A DNA stretch of 32,000 nucleotides, taken from assembly GCF_000007985.2 (NCBI RefSeq), contig NC_002939.5, forward strand, positions 3,360,001 to 3,392,000, given 5' to 3'. The translations under genes and the position numbers were made by a program. How positions within the stretch are numbered: position 1 is the first letter of the stretch; every line of letters begins with the position of its first letter. Source of the DNA: Geobacter sulfurreducens PCA. GTDB lineage: Bacteria; Desulfobacterota; Desulfuromonadia; Geobacterales; Geobacteraceae. Below are positions 1-8,357 of the stretch, in pieces. Under the pieces are notes generated by a model. The model made no database searches. It was not told the DNA's origin and worked only from the letters and a program-made list of their open reading frames with translations.

Positions 1-31
1 TTATCCCTGCCGCACCCGAATTGTGCCAGAG

Positions 32-78
32 GGACAAAAAAAAGCCGCCCCCTCTGGAGGAGCGGCTTTTTTTTGTCC
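32..78. terminator. Bidirectional intrinsic terminator (perfect extended palindrome)
   Basis: GGACAAAAAAAAGCCGC (32-48) and GCGGCTTTTTTTTGTCC (62-78) are exact reverse complements. This gives a GC stem flanked by an A8 run on one side and a T8 run on the other. It lies about 60 nt downstream of the minus-strand stop at 141. Confidence 0.75.
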
Positions 79-140
79 GCAGCGCACTGTTACGCGCTTG
101 GCGCCCGCACGGTTACGGACACGGACAGTCCGTCATCAGC

Positions 141-1553
141 TCACCGCCTGTTCAGCCAGTCGTGGATCGCGGCAGCCGCCTGCTTCCCATCGCCCATGGC
201 AAGGATTACCGTGGCGCCCCCTCGCACGATGTCGCCACCGGCATAGACGCCGGCAACGCTCGTGGCACCGTTGTCATCGGTGGCGATGTTGCCCCACCGG
301 TTCAGTTTAAGTTCCGGCGCCGTGGCGGTCAGGAGCGGATTGGCCCGGGTACCGACGGCATTCACCACCACATCCACGGCAATGTCGTATGCGGAACCTT
401 CCACCGGCACCGGTGATCGGCGTCCCGACGAATCGGGCGCGCCCAGCTCCATTCGCAGGCAGCGCAGGGTGGCCACCCACCCGTCCTTGTCGCCCCCGAT
501 GGCGATGGGGGCTGTCAGCATTACGAACTCGACCCCTTCCTCCTTGGCGTGCTTGATCTCCTCCACCCGGGCCGGCATCTGCTCCTCGCTCCTGCGGTAG
601 ATGATCATGGCCCGCTCGGCGCCCAGACGGCGAGCGGTTCGGACGCAGTCCATGGCGGTGTTGCCCCCGCCGATGACGGCCACGCGCTTACCGGCAATGA
701 TGGGAGTGGTGGAGCCGGGGTCGCGGCCGGCCCCCATGAGGTTAACCCGGGTCAGGTATTCGTTGGCGGAATAGACCCCCTTGAGATTCTCGCCCGGGAT
801 GGAGAGCATCACCGGCAGGCCGGCGCCATTGGCGATGAATACCGCGTCGAATTCTTCCCGCAGCTGGGCGAGGGTCAGCGTCTTGCCGATGATGACATTG
901 CACTCAACCGTCACCCCCAGTGCAAGAAGCCGCGCCACCTCGGCATCGATAATGGTTTTGGGCAGGCGGAACTCCGGAATGCCGTAGCGAAGCACCCCGC
1001 CCGTGTCGTGGAGCGCCTCGAAGATAGTCACGCCATGTCCCTTGCGGGCCAACTCCCCGGCGGCAGTCAATCCGGCCGGACCACAGCCGACCACTGCCAC
1101 CCGCCTGCCTGTTGGCGGCGGCAGCGGCTCGTCACCGAGCTCGGCGACATTGGCCGTGGCCCAGTCCGCCACAAAACGCTCCAGATACCCGATGGCCACG
1201 GGCTCTCCCTTGATCCCACGCACGCACCTGGCCTCGCATTGGGTTTCCTGGGGACAGACCCGGCCACACACGGCAGGCAACGCATTGTCCCTGGTCAGGA
1301 TCCGGGCAGCCTCCCTGAGGTTGCCGTCGGCCAGGGCCGTGATAAATTCCGGGATCGACACCCCCACGGGACAGCCTGCCACGCACTGGCGGTTCGTGCA
1401 GCGAATGCAGCGCTGGGCCTCGCGCACGGCCTCCTCCGGGGTGAGGCCCCGGTTCACTTCGTCAAAATTTCGGCTGCGGCTGTCGGCATCGAGTTCGACC
1501 ATGTGGACCCGGTCAATGGCCAATCGCTCTCTGGTGGTCATACCCGTGCTCAT
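141..1553 (-). CDS. GltD/SudA/NfnB-family NAD(P)H oxidoreductase (glutamate synthase small-subunit-like, 2x[4Fe-4S] + FAD/NAD(P)H)
   Basis: Cys clusters CIRCTNRQCVAGCP and CGRVCPQETQCEARC. Two Rossmann motifs, VAVVGCGPAGLTAA and VAVIGGGNTAMDC. Start trimmed from the track ORF (1721) to ATG 1551-1553, which is preceded by GGAAAGGAGG and forms an ATGA overlap with the upstream gene's stop codon. Confidence 0.85.
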   Translation of the reverse strand: MSTGMTTRERLAIDRVHMVELDADSRSRNFDEVNRGLTPEEAVREAQRCIRCTNRQCVAGCPVGVSIPEFITALADGNLREAARILTRDNALPAVCGRVCPQETQCEARCVRGIKGEPVAIGYLERFVADWATANVAELGDEPLPPPTGRRVAVVGCGPAGLTAAGELARKGHGVTIFEALHDTGGVLRYGIPEFRLPKTIIDAEVARLLALGVTVECNVIIGKTLTLAQLREEFDAVFIANGAGLPVMLSIPGENLKGVYSANEYLTRVNLMGAGRDPGSTTPIIAGKRVAVIGGGNTAMDCVRTARRLGAERAMIIYRRSEEQMPARVEEIKHAKEEGVEFVMLTAPIAIGGDKDGWVATLRCLRMELGAPDSSGRRSPVPVEGSAYDIAVDVVVNAVGTRANPLLTATAPELKLNRWGNIATDDNGATSVAGVYAGGDIVRGGATVILAMGDGKQAAAAIHDWLNRR

Positions 1554-2386
1554 GCGACCTCCTTTCCGGCGACCCGGCAGACGTGACTGGCCTCGGACTC
1601 GCGATAGGTTGCCAGCCGATCGGCCAGGTTGTCGAAATCCACCAGATGGCCGTCGAATTCCGGACCATCCACACAGGCGAACTTTGCTTCGCCTCCCACC
1701 AGAACCCGGCACCCGCCGCACATGCCGGTACCGTCGATCATGATCGGGTTGAGGCTCACCACCGTTTCGATGCCGTGGGGACGGGTCAATTCGGCAACCG
1801 CCCTCATCATCGGCACAGGCCCCACGGCAAAGACCGCACCGGGCCGTCGCGCCGGATCGGCCACGAGCCCCTCCAGAGGTTGGGTCACGAATCCCTGAAC
1901 GCCCAGACTTCCGTCCTCGGTCGTTACCAGAAGTTCCCGGGACAGGGCGCCCAGTTCATCCGCGAGGATGATGTACCGGGCCGATCTGCCTCCGATGATG
2001 GTAGTCACCTCATTGCCTGCTTCGGCCAGAGCCTTTGCCAGCGGAAAGAGAACCGCCGTTCCGACCCCTCCGCCGATGCAGGCGACGCGCCCCCAGTTCC
2101 TGATGTGGGTCGGCAGGCCCAGAGGACCGGCCACATCGCGGAGCCGGCCTCCGGCGGGCACGGCAACGATGCGCTGGGTGGAGGCCCCGATGGCCTGGAC
2201 AAAGAGAGTAATGGTCCCTGCCGCTGCATCGGCATCGCCGATGGTAAGAGGAATCCGTTCCTCGCCAGCCTCGGCCCTGACTATGACAAACTGGCCCGGC
2301 AGGCGGGACGATGCGATCCGGGGTGCCCGGACCACCAACTGGTGGAGATTCGGGGCAAGGACTTCGTTGCTGATGACATCGAACAT
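1550..2386 (-). CDS. PyrK/SudB/NfnA-like FAD + [2Fe-2S] electron-transfer subunit
   Basis: 278 aa. Ferredoxin-reductase-like fold motifs (GQFVIVR, IGGGVGTAV) and a C-terminal Cys cluster GMCGGCRV...FACVDGPEF. RBS AGGAAAGGTGAG lies upstream of the ATG at 2386. Translationally coupled (ATGA overlap) to the GltD-like gene. Confidence 0.8.
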   Translation of the reverse strand: MFDVISNEVLAPNLHQLVVRAPRIASSRLPGQFVIVRAEAGEERIPLTIGDADAAAGTITLFVQAIGASTQRIVAVPAGGRLRDVAGPLGLPTHIRNWGRVACIGGGVGTAVLFPLAKALAEAGNEVTTIIGGRSARYIILADELGALSRELLVTTEDGSLGVQGFVTQPLEGLVADPARRPGAVFAVGPVPMMRAVAELTRPHGIETVVSLNPIMIDGTGMCGGCRVLVGGEAKFACVDGPEFDGHLVDFDNLADRLATYRESEASHVCRVAGKEVA

Positions 2387-2749
2387 ACGCTCACCTTTCC
2401 TGGAGAAATGAACGCCGGTATCTCGCGGCGGCCGGAGCCTTCATGGACTCGTGGGGCGCAGGGGTTACGTCGTTGTAACGGAGGGAAGCGGAGTGCGGCC
2501 GAAGCTGGCGGGAATACGGCAGACGTCCGGCAGCCGCGACGTATCATGCCGTTGCGTGACACTCCGGGGCAGCCGCCGTGCTATGGGCAGAATGGTAGCA
2601 AATGGGGAGAGCAGGGACAAGACCGTATACAGCCATACACTTCAGAACAGAATACTGCCAATAATATCGGCATGCTACAATGCGAAAGCTCCGGCACGGC
2701 GCCGCCTGTCCGCCCGCGACCAGGCCCGCGGAAGGAACAGGACTCCGCC

Positions 2750-3631
2750 TCAGTAGTATTCTTCCCCGTAGGCGGGAACCTCGTCGAGGAAGCCGGGCAT
2801 TCTGCCGAGCCGTGCCAGAGCGGTATCCACCTCGGCAATGAGCCGTTCCCGGTCCTTGGGGTAGCTGCCGGCCAGTTCCAGGAAATTGGAGACATGGTTG
2901 GAGCGAAGAATCGTCCTGGCCGGAGCCAGATGGGCAAGGAGCTCCCGCGCTTCGTGCAAGAGCTCCCGTCTTGTGCACTGGTCGAGGGTGCGGATGAATT
3001 CGTCGTTGTGACGGTGGAAGAGGGTGAGGAGGGAAAAATACTCCGGACTGACCCGGTTGACCCATTCCGCCGTGGCCCGGGCGTGCTCAAGACTGCGACT
3101 GCGACCGGCCAGTCCCAGGATGGCAGTCACCGAGAGCTTCATGCCAGCCTCCCGGGCCTTGCACGCTTCCCGGACCATCTCTTCCGCCGTAAATCCCTTG
3201 TTGACCGCGGCCAGCGTCGCGTCGTCCCCCGATTCCAGCCCGAAATAGAGGATGCGGAGCTTTTTCTCCCGCAGGTGCCTGAGTTCCTCGACGTTCTTGG
3301 TGGTCAGGCTCCGGGGCGATGCATAGGAACCCACCCGCGTGAGGTTAGGGAACACCGCAGCCAGCCGGTCGAGGATGGCGGCAAGCCCGTCGAAGGGATA
3401 GACAAGGGCATCGCCGTCGGCAAGGAATACCCGGTCCACAGCAGGGCGATAGCGTGCCGGAATGCCGTCGATCTCAGCCATGACTTCGGCTTCGGGCTTC
3501 AGGCGGAACCGCTTCATCTTGTACATGCCGCAGAAGACGCAGTGGTTCTGGGAACAGCCGATGGTTATCTGAAAGATGAGACTGCGCGCCTCGCTCGGCG
3601 GACGGAACACGGGTTCGATGTAGGTGGGCAT
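2750..3631 (-). CDS. Radical SAM domain protein with a variant CX4CX2C cluster motif
   Basis: Motif GCSQNHCVFCGMY (nt 3530-3556) followed by typical radical-SAM core segments (VFLADGDAL, YFGLESG). I prefer ATG 3631 (MPTYIEP...) because GAGGAAG lies 6 nt upstream. The track ORF extends to 3694. Confidence 0.75.
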   Translation of the reverse strand: MPTYIEPVFRPPSEARSLIFQITIGCSQNHCVFCGMYKMKRFRLKPEAEVMAEIDGIPARYRPAVDRVFLADGDALVYPFDGLAAILDRLAAVFPNLTRVGSYASPRSLTTKNVEELRHLREKKLRILYFGLESGDDATLAAVNKGFTAEEMVREACKAREAGMKLSVTAILGLAGRSRSLEHARATAEWVNRVSPEYFSLLTLFHRHNDEFIRTLDQCTRRELLHEARELLAHLAPARTILRSNHVSNFLELAGSYPKDRERLIAEVDTALARLGRMPGFLDEVPAYGEEYY

Positions 3632-3701
3632 GGTCACTTCCTCACCCCCCGAACGCCGGCCGATAGTCCCGCACCAGGCGATCCTCCCATCCATTCAAAG
3701 C

Positions 3702-3730
3702 TTGACAGCACACTCTTGATCCTCTACTTT
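3702..3730 (+). promoter_or_regulatory. Candidate sigma70 promoter of the tetR-family gene
   Basis: TTGACA (3702-3707), a 17-nt spacer, then TACTTT (3725-3730). It sits 32 nt upstream of the ATG at 3762. Confidence 0.5.
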
Positions 3731-3743
3731 GCGGAAAGCTCGA

Positions 3744-3756
3744 TTAACAGTGTTAA
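3744..3756. promoter_or_regulatory. 13-bp palindrome TTAACAGTGTTAA, candidate TetR operator (copy 1)
   Basis: Perfect inverted repeat TTAACA-N-TGTTAA. It lies between the predicted -10 element and the tetR ATG. A copy matching at 12 of 13 positions is at 4390-4402. Confidence 0.55.
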
Positions 3757-3761
3757 GCGTT

Positions 3762-4373
3762 ATGACTTTACGAGAACGCAGACAAAAGCACAAGGCACTT
3801 TTTCGCCAGGAGATTCTTGACGCCGCCCGGGAACTGTTCTCCCAGATCGGGTACGAGCGGTTCTCCATGCGCAAGCTTGCGGCCAAAATTGAGCATTCCC
3901 CCACAACCATCTACCTCTATTTCCGCGACAAGGACGATCTCCTCTACTCTCTCTGCGAAGAGTTGTTTGCCACGTTATTCCAGAACTACCTGGACATCTC
4001 GAAGGGGCACAGCGAGCCGCTGCAGGTTTTGCGTCTCTGCCTCCTGAGCTATATCGAGTTCGGGTTAGCGAATCCAGGCCACTACAAGGTCGCGTTCTTC
4101 ACCAGTCCTGTGGTCTATGGTTCGCCGACGGAATTTCTACAAAAGGACAGCATGGGACGGCGCATGTACTTTCATATTCTCCGGACCGTCGAAGAGGCTA
4201 TGGCGGCTGGCATGCTTCGCCCCATGGACGCGGACCTCCTCGCACAGACGTTGTGGACCGCTGCCCATGGCGTCGTGGCATCGCGAATTTACACTGCCGA
4301 CTTCCCCTTGGTGGACGCTGCCCTCCAGGCAGAAACGCTGGTGGACGGGCTGCTCGCCGGCTTCGGCACGTAA
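3762..4373 (+). CDS. TetR/AcrR family transcriptional regulator
   Basis: N-terminal TetR helix-turn-helix signature: FSMRKLAAKIEHSPTTIYLYFRDKDDLL. The track start at 3729 is TTG, so the first ATG (3762, MTLRERRQ...) is preferred. Confidence 0.88.
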   Translation: MTLRERRQKHKALFRQEILDAARELFSQIGYERFSMRKLAAKIEHSPTTIYLYFRDKDDLLYSLCEELFATLFQNYLDISKGHSEPLQVLRLCLLSYIEFGLANPGHYKVAFFTSPVVYGSPTEFLQKDSMGRRMYFHILRTVEEAMAAGMLRPMDADLLAQTLWTAAHGVVASRIYTADFPLVDAALQAETLVDGLLAGFGT

Positions 4374-4389
4374 AATTTTTATCGCATTA

Positions 4390-4402
4390 TTTACACTGTT
4401 AA
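4390..4402. promoter_or_regulatory. TTTACACTGTTAA, candidate TetR operator (copy 2) upstream of shc
   Basis: Matches the reverse complement of the 3744-3756 palindrome at 12 of 13 positions. It lies 17 nt after the tetR stop and 52 nt before the shc ATG. Confidence 0.5.
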
Positions 4403-4453
4403 TCAAAGATATCGCAGTTAATTTTCTTGCCGCCTAAGGGAAAGGAGCTACGA

Positions 4454-6646
4454 ATGGCAAAGGGTATACTCAACAAGTTTGCCGTGATAGCCGGCACCAA
4501 GAAGGCCGGACCTCCGGCCGGGGAAGAACGCACCGTCATCGCACCCATAAAAGAGATATCGGGAAAGGCCGTCCACTGCAGTCAGGCTGTCAAAAAGGCG
4601 GAGGAGTATCTCCTGGCGCTCCAGAACCCGGAGGGGTACTGGGTTTTCGAGCTAGAAGCGGACGTCACGATACCGTCTGAGTACATCATGCTTCAGCGGT
4701 TCCTCGGCAGGGAGATTTCCCCGGAACTGGGGAAGCGGCTGGAGAACTATCTCCTGGACCGGCAACTGCCCGACGGCGGCTGGCCCCTCTACGCCGAGGA
4801 CGGATTCGCCAACATCAGCGCCACGGTCAAGGCGTATCTCGCCCTCAAGGTGCTGGGGCATTCACCCCAGGCACCCCACATGATACGCGCGCGCCTCATG
4901 GTCCTCAGCCTCGGCGGCGCGGCCAGATGCAATGTGTTCACGCGCATCCTGCTGGCCCTGTTCGGTCAGATTCCCTGGCATACCCCGCCGGCAATGCCCG
5001 TGGAAATCGTGCTTCTCCCCCAGTGGTTTTTCTTCCATTTGAGCAAAGTCTCCTACTGGTCGAGAACCGTCATTGTCCCTCTGCTGCTGCTCTACGCCAA
5101 ACAGCCCGTGTGTCGGCTGCGGCCCGAGGAGGGGATCCCCGAACTGTTCAGCACGCCGCCCGATAAACTGCGTCACCTGGATGGCTTTCAACCGGGGTAC
5201 TGGCGGAAAAACGCCTTCATCATCTTTGACCGCCTGCTCAAGCGCTTCAACCGATTCATTCCTTCCGCCCTGCACCGGAAAGCCATTGCCGAAGCAGAAC
5301 AGTGGACCAGGTCCCACATGCAGGGCAGCGGCGGGATCGGCGCCATTTTCCCGGCCATGGCCTATGCGGTCATGGCCCTCCGCGTACTCGGCTGCGGAGA
5401 AGGGGACCCTGACTATATTCGCGGACTGCAGGCCATCGACGACCTGCTCCAGCACCGGACTCCGCAGGAAGCAGACCCCCCCCGCACAGACGGTACGTGC
5501 ATTGACAGCGGCATGTCGGCGGCTTTTGCCCTCACCCCCTCTGCCCACGCGGCAGCGGACGGTACAGGGAGCAGCAGCATCTGCCAGCCGTGCAATTCTC
5601 CGATCTGGGACACCTGCCTGAGCCTTTCGGCGCTCATGGAAGCGGGCATGCCCGCGAGCCACCCCGCGGCGACGCAGGCTGTTGAATGGCTCTTGTCACA
5701 GCAGATCCTCTCGCCCGGCGACTGGTCGCTGAAGGTGCCCGACCTGGAGGGGGGCGGATGGGCGTTCCAGTTCGAGAACACCCTCTACCCCGACCTGGAC
5801 GACACCTCGAAGGTCATCATGTCGCTTCTACGGGCCGGCGCGCTGGAGAATGAGCGCTATCGCGACCGGATCGCCCGCGGCGTGAACTGGGTGCTCGGGA
5901 TGCAGAGCAGTGACGGCGGGTGGGCCGCCTTTGACATCGACAACAACTACCACTACCTGAACGACATCCCGTTCGCCGACCATGGGGCGCTCCTCGACCC
6001 GAGCACATCTGACCTGACGGGACGCTGCATCGAGCTTCTCTCCATGGTCGGTTTCGACAGGACGTTTCCGCCCATCGCGCGGGGGATCGGGTTCCTGCGC
6101 TCGGAACAGGAAGAAAACGGCGCCTGGTTCGGCCGCTGGGGGGTGAACTACATCTACGGTACCTGGTCGGTGCTGTCAGGCCTCAGGCAGGCCGGTGAAG
6201 ATATGCAGCAGCCCTATATCCGCAAGGCGGTGGGATGGCTGGCGTCATGCCAGAACCACGACGGTGGATGGGGAGAAACCTGCTATTCCTATGACGATCC
6301 TTCGCTGGCCGGCAAGGGGGCAAGCACCCCGTCCCAGACGGCCTGGAGCCTCCTGGGGCTCATGGCCGCGGGAGAAGTCAACAGCTTGGCCGTTCGGCGG
6401 GGTGTACGCTACCTGCTCGACCACCAGAACCAATGGGGAACCTGGGAGGAAAAACATTTTACCGGAACCGGTTTCCCGAGGGTCTTTTACCTGCGCTACC
6501 ACGGGTACCGCCACTTCTTTCCCCTGTGGGCGCTCGGCGTCTATTCACGGCTCAGCTCAGGACAAAAGGCCTGTCAGGACGAGCGTCGCCATGCATCCCC
6601 CGGCGACCTCCATCTGCCTTGGCTGGAGAGGATCAAGAAACGATAA
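4454..6646 (+). CDS. shc: Squalene-hopene cyclase
   Basis: Multiple QW repeats (QNPEGYW, RQLPDGGWPLY, MQSSDGGWAAF, EQEENGAWFGRWG, CQNHDGGWGE). Catalytic DxDD motif DLDDT at nt 5792-5803. The SPIWDT motif is present. ATG 4454 is preceded by AAGGGAAAGGAG. Confidence 0.93.
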   Translation: MAKGILNKFAVIAGTKKAGPPAGEERTVIAPIKEISGKAVHCSQAVKKAEEYLLALQNPEGYWVFELEADVTIPSEYIMLQRFLGREISPELGKRLENYLLDRQLPDGGWPLYAEDGFANISATVKAYLALKVLGHSPQAPHMIRARLMVLSLGGAARCNVFTRILLALFGQIPWHTPPAMPVEIVLLPQWFFFHLSKVSYWSRTVIVPLLLLYAKQPVCRLRPEEGIPELFSTPPDKLRHLDGFQPGYWRKNAFIIFDRLLKRFNRFIPSALHRKAIAEAEQWTRSHMQGSGGIGAIFPAMAYAVMALRVLGCGEGDPDYIRGLQAIDDLLQHRTPQEADPPRTDGTCIDSGMSAAFALTPSAHAAADGTGSSSICQPCNSPIWDTCLSLSALMEAGMPASHPAATQAVEWLLSQQILSPGDWSLKVPDLEGGGWAFQFENTLYPDLDDTSKVIMSLLRAGALENERYRDRIARGVNWVLGMQSSDGGWAAFDIDNNYHYLNDIPFADHGALLDPSTSDLTGRCIELLSMVGFDRTFPPIARGIGFLRSEQEENGAWFGRWGVNYIYGTWSVLSGLRQAGEDMQQPYIRKAVGWLASCQNHDGGWGETCYSYDDPSLAGKGASTPSQTAWSLLGLMAAGEVNSLAVRRGVRYLLDHQNQWGTWEEKHFTGTGFPRVFYLRYHGYRHFFPLWALGVYSRLSSGQKACQDERRHASPGDLHLPWLERIKKR

Positions 6647-8324
6647 CGGCCTCACGGCGGGGGAACGCCTCCAGATATTCCCGCCTGAGCCGGTCGACGC
6701 CGGCGCTGCCGATGACGTCCCACGGCAGCGTTTCGTCAAGGGGAATGTTTCGGTAGACGAGCAAATCGGTGTCGACATCGAACTCCCGGGCGGCCCGTTT
6801 CCAGCTCCCCAGTTCGGCGGAACGGAGCAGAAACGCCGAGAGCCGGCGGTCGCCCCGGGAGAGGAGCGCCTGAAGATAGGCGTCCTTGGGGCTCTCGGCA
6901 ATGAGCCGGACGTTTGACAGCTTCCCTACCGCTTGCTGGAGGTATTTAAGCTTCTTCTCCAGAGAAGCCGTATCCTCCATGCCGCACCACTGGAACGGGG
7001 TAAACGGTTTGGGTACAAAGGGATTCACCGAAAGGATGATCTCCCCGAGCCGCTTGTTCTTCCGGGCAGCATCAATGACCCGTTCGCGGATCTTTCCCAC
7101 CAGGGCCGTCATTTCCTCCAGGTCGTCCATGGTTTCGGTGGGGAGGCCGATGATGAAGTAGAGCTTCAGGTTCAGGATATCGTGGCCGATCAGGAGGTCG
7201 CAGGCGGCTAGAATCTGCTCTTCGGTCAGGTTCTTGCGCACCAGGTCACGCATCCGCTGGCTGCCCCCCTCCGGGGCCAGGGCCACCGTCTTGTGGCCGC
7301 TCGCCTTGAGCACTTCGATCATGCCGTCGTCGAGCCGGTCGATCCGCAGGGACGAGACCGACACCTTCCCCCCCTGCTCAAGGATGAACCGGCAGAGTTC
7401 GCCGATGTCCCGGTGATCGGAGACCGCTGCGCCAACGAGGCCGATCTTCCCACGACGGGCCAGTCCCTCCACTGCCTGACGCTTTAATTCATCAAGGGAG
7501 CGCTGGCGGTAGGGGAAATAGATGAACCCGGCCGCACAGAAGCGGCATCCGCGGGGGCACCCCCGGGAGACCTCCATGAGGTACATGTCGGAAAACTCCG
7601 TGTCCGGCGTCAAAATCCCGGACACGCTCTCCCGACGGTCAGGATCAGCCATCATCAACCGGGCAACCTGCTCCGGCGCCCCGTGGCCCGCACGGCGGCC
7701 GGCCACGCGAACGCCGTCATAGCTCACGTCATACAAGGCAGGAATATAGATCCCCGGCAGACGCGCGGCCCGGGCAAGGAAAGACTCCCGCTCGACGATC
7801 CCCTCGGCCCGCATCAGTTCCAGCAGCGACTGGAGCAGCTCTTCCCCCTCCCCCACGCAGACCAGGTCGAGAAAATCCGCCACCGGCTCGGGATTGAGGA
7901 ACAGGGCCGCGCCTCCGGCCATAACGAGGGGATGGGCGGGCCTCCGCTCCGATGCCAGGGGCGGAATGCCGGCCAGGTCGAAGATGACCGGGATGTTCAG
8001 ATAGTCGTTCTCGAAGGAAACCGAAAAGGCGATGATGTCAAAGGAGCCGAGAGGCTCCCCCGACTCCAGGGAGAGGAGCTTCGTGCCGCTCCTGCGATAC
8101 TCCCGCAGATCATCGGCATCGGGGAGGAAGGCCCGGTCACAGAGGATGTCAGGCTCTTCGTTCAACAGGGCGTGAACCGACTGGAATCCCAGGTTGCTCA
8201 TCCCCACGGCATAACGGTTGGGGTAGACCAGGCAGACGGTCAGTTTGCCACCGCGCCGCTTGGGGGAAAAGCCCTCCTCCCGGCTCAGGAGACGGCGGTT
8301 TTTCTCGATGATTTTCCACGACAT
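6633..8324 (-). CDS. B12-binding-domain radical SAM protein (TIGR03960-like family)
   Basis: N-terminal VCLVYPNRYAVGMSNLGFQSVHALLN, which I recall as characteristic of this family. Canonical motif VSRGCPRGCRFCAAG. 563 aa. Its 3' end overlaps the shc 3' end by 14 nt. Confidence 0.8.
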   Translation of the reverse strand: MSWKIIEKNRRLLSREEGFSPKRRGGKLTVCLVYPNRYAVGMSNLGFQSVHALLNEEPDILCDRAFLPDADDLREYRRSGTKLLSLESGEPLGSFDIIAFSVSFENDYLNIPVIFDLAGIPPLASERRPAHPLVMAGGAALFLNPEPVADFLDLVCVGEGEELLQSLLELMRAEGIVERESFLARAARLPGIYIPALYDVSYDGVRVAGRRAGHGAPEQVARLMMADPDRRESVSGILTPDTEFSDMYLMEVSRGCPRGCRFCAAGFIYFPYRQRSLDELKRQAVEGLARRGKIGLVGAAVSDHRDIGELCRFILEQGGKVSVSSLRIDRLDDGMIEVLKASGHKTVALAPEGGSQRMRDLVRKNLTEEQILAACDLLIGHDILNLKLYFIIGLPTETMDDLEEMTALVGKIRERVIDAARKNKRLGEIILSVNPFVPKPFTPFQWCGMEDTASLEKKLKYLQQAVGKLSNVRLIAESPKDAYLQALLSRGDRRLSAFLLRSAELGSWKRAAREFDVDTDLLVYRNIPLDETLPWDVIGSAGVDRLRREYLEAFPRREAVIVS

Positions 8325-8357
8325 GGGGGATCAGGGTACCACGAAGGGAGAAGAGGG

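Noticed and set aside
1554-1721. N-terminal 56-aa extension of the GltD-like ORF in the track (start at 1721). Analogous extensions exist for the rSAM ORF (3694), mraZ (26493), ftsL (25032) and the 116-aa ORF (27338).
   Set aside because: The extensions overlap upstream genes or regulatory elements and lack an RBS. In each case an internal ATG has a strong Shine-Dalgarno sequence and/or gives a conserved N-terminus.
2645-2661. Sigma54-like element TGGCAG-TATTC-TGTTC on the minus strand upstream of the nfnA-like gene.
   Set aside because: The -12 element reads GT instead of the near-invariant GC. A single degenerate match is insufficient, and no enhancer-binding-protein gene is nearby.
1583-3820. 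745-aa plus-strand ORF spanning three minus-strand genes and two intergenic regions.
   Set aside because: It runs antisense across the nfnA-like gene, a 363-nt intergenic region and the rSAM gene. It has no domain signatures and is a GC-skewed open frame only.
6633-8324. Possibility that the B12-domain radical-SAM protein next to shc is a hopanoid methylase (HpnP/HpnR).
   Set aside because: The N-terminal YPNRYAVGMSNLGFQ segment and overall length match my recollection of the broadly distributed TIGR03960 family, not class-B hopanoid methylases. The idea is kept only as a low-priority check.
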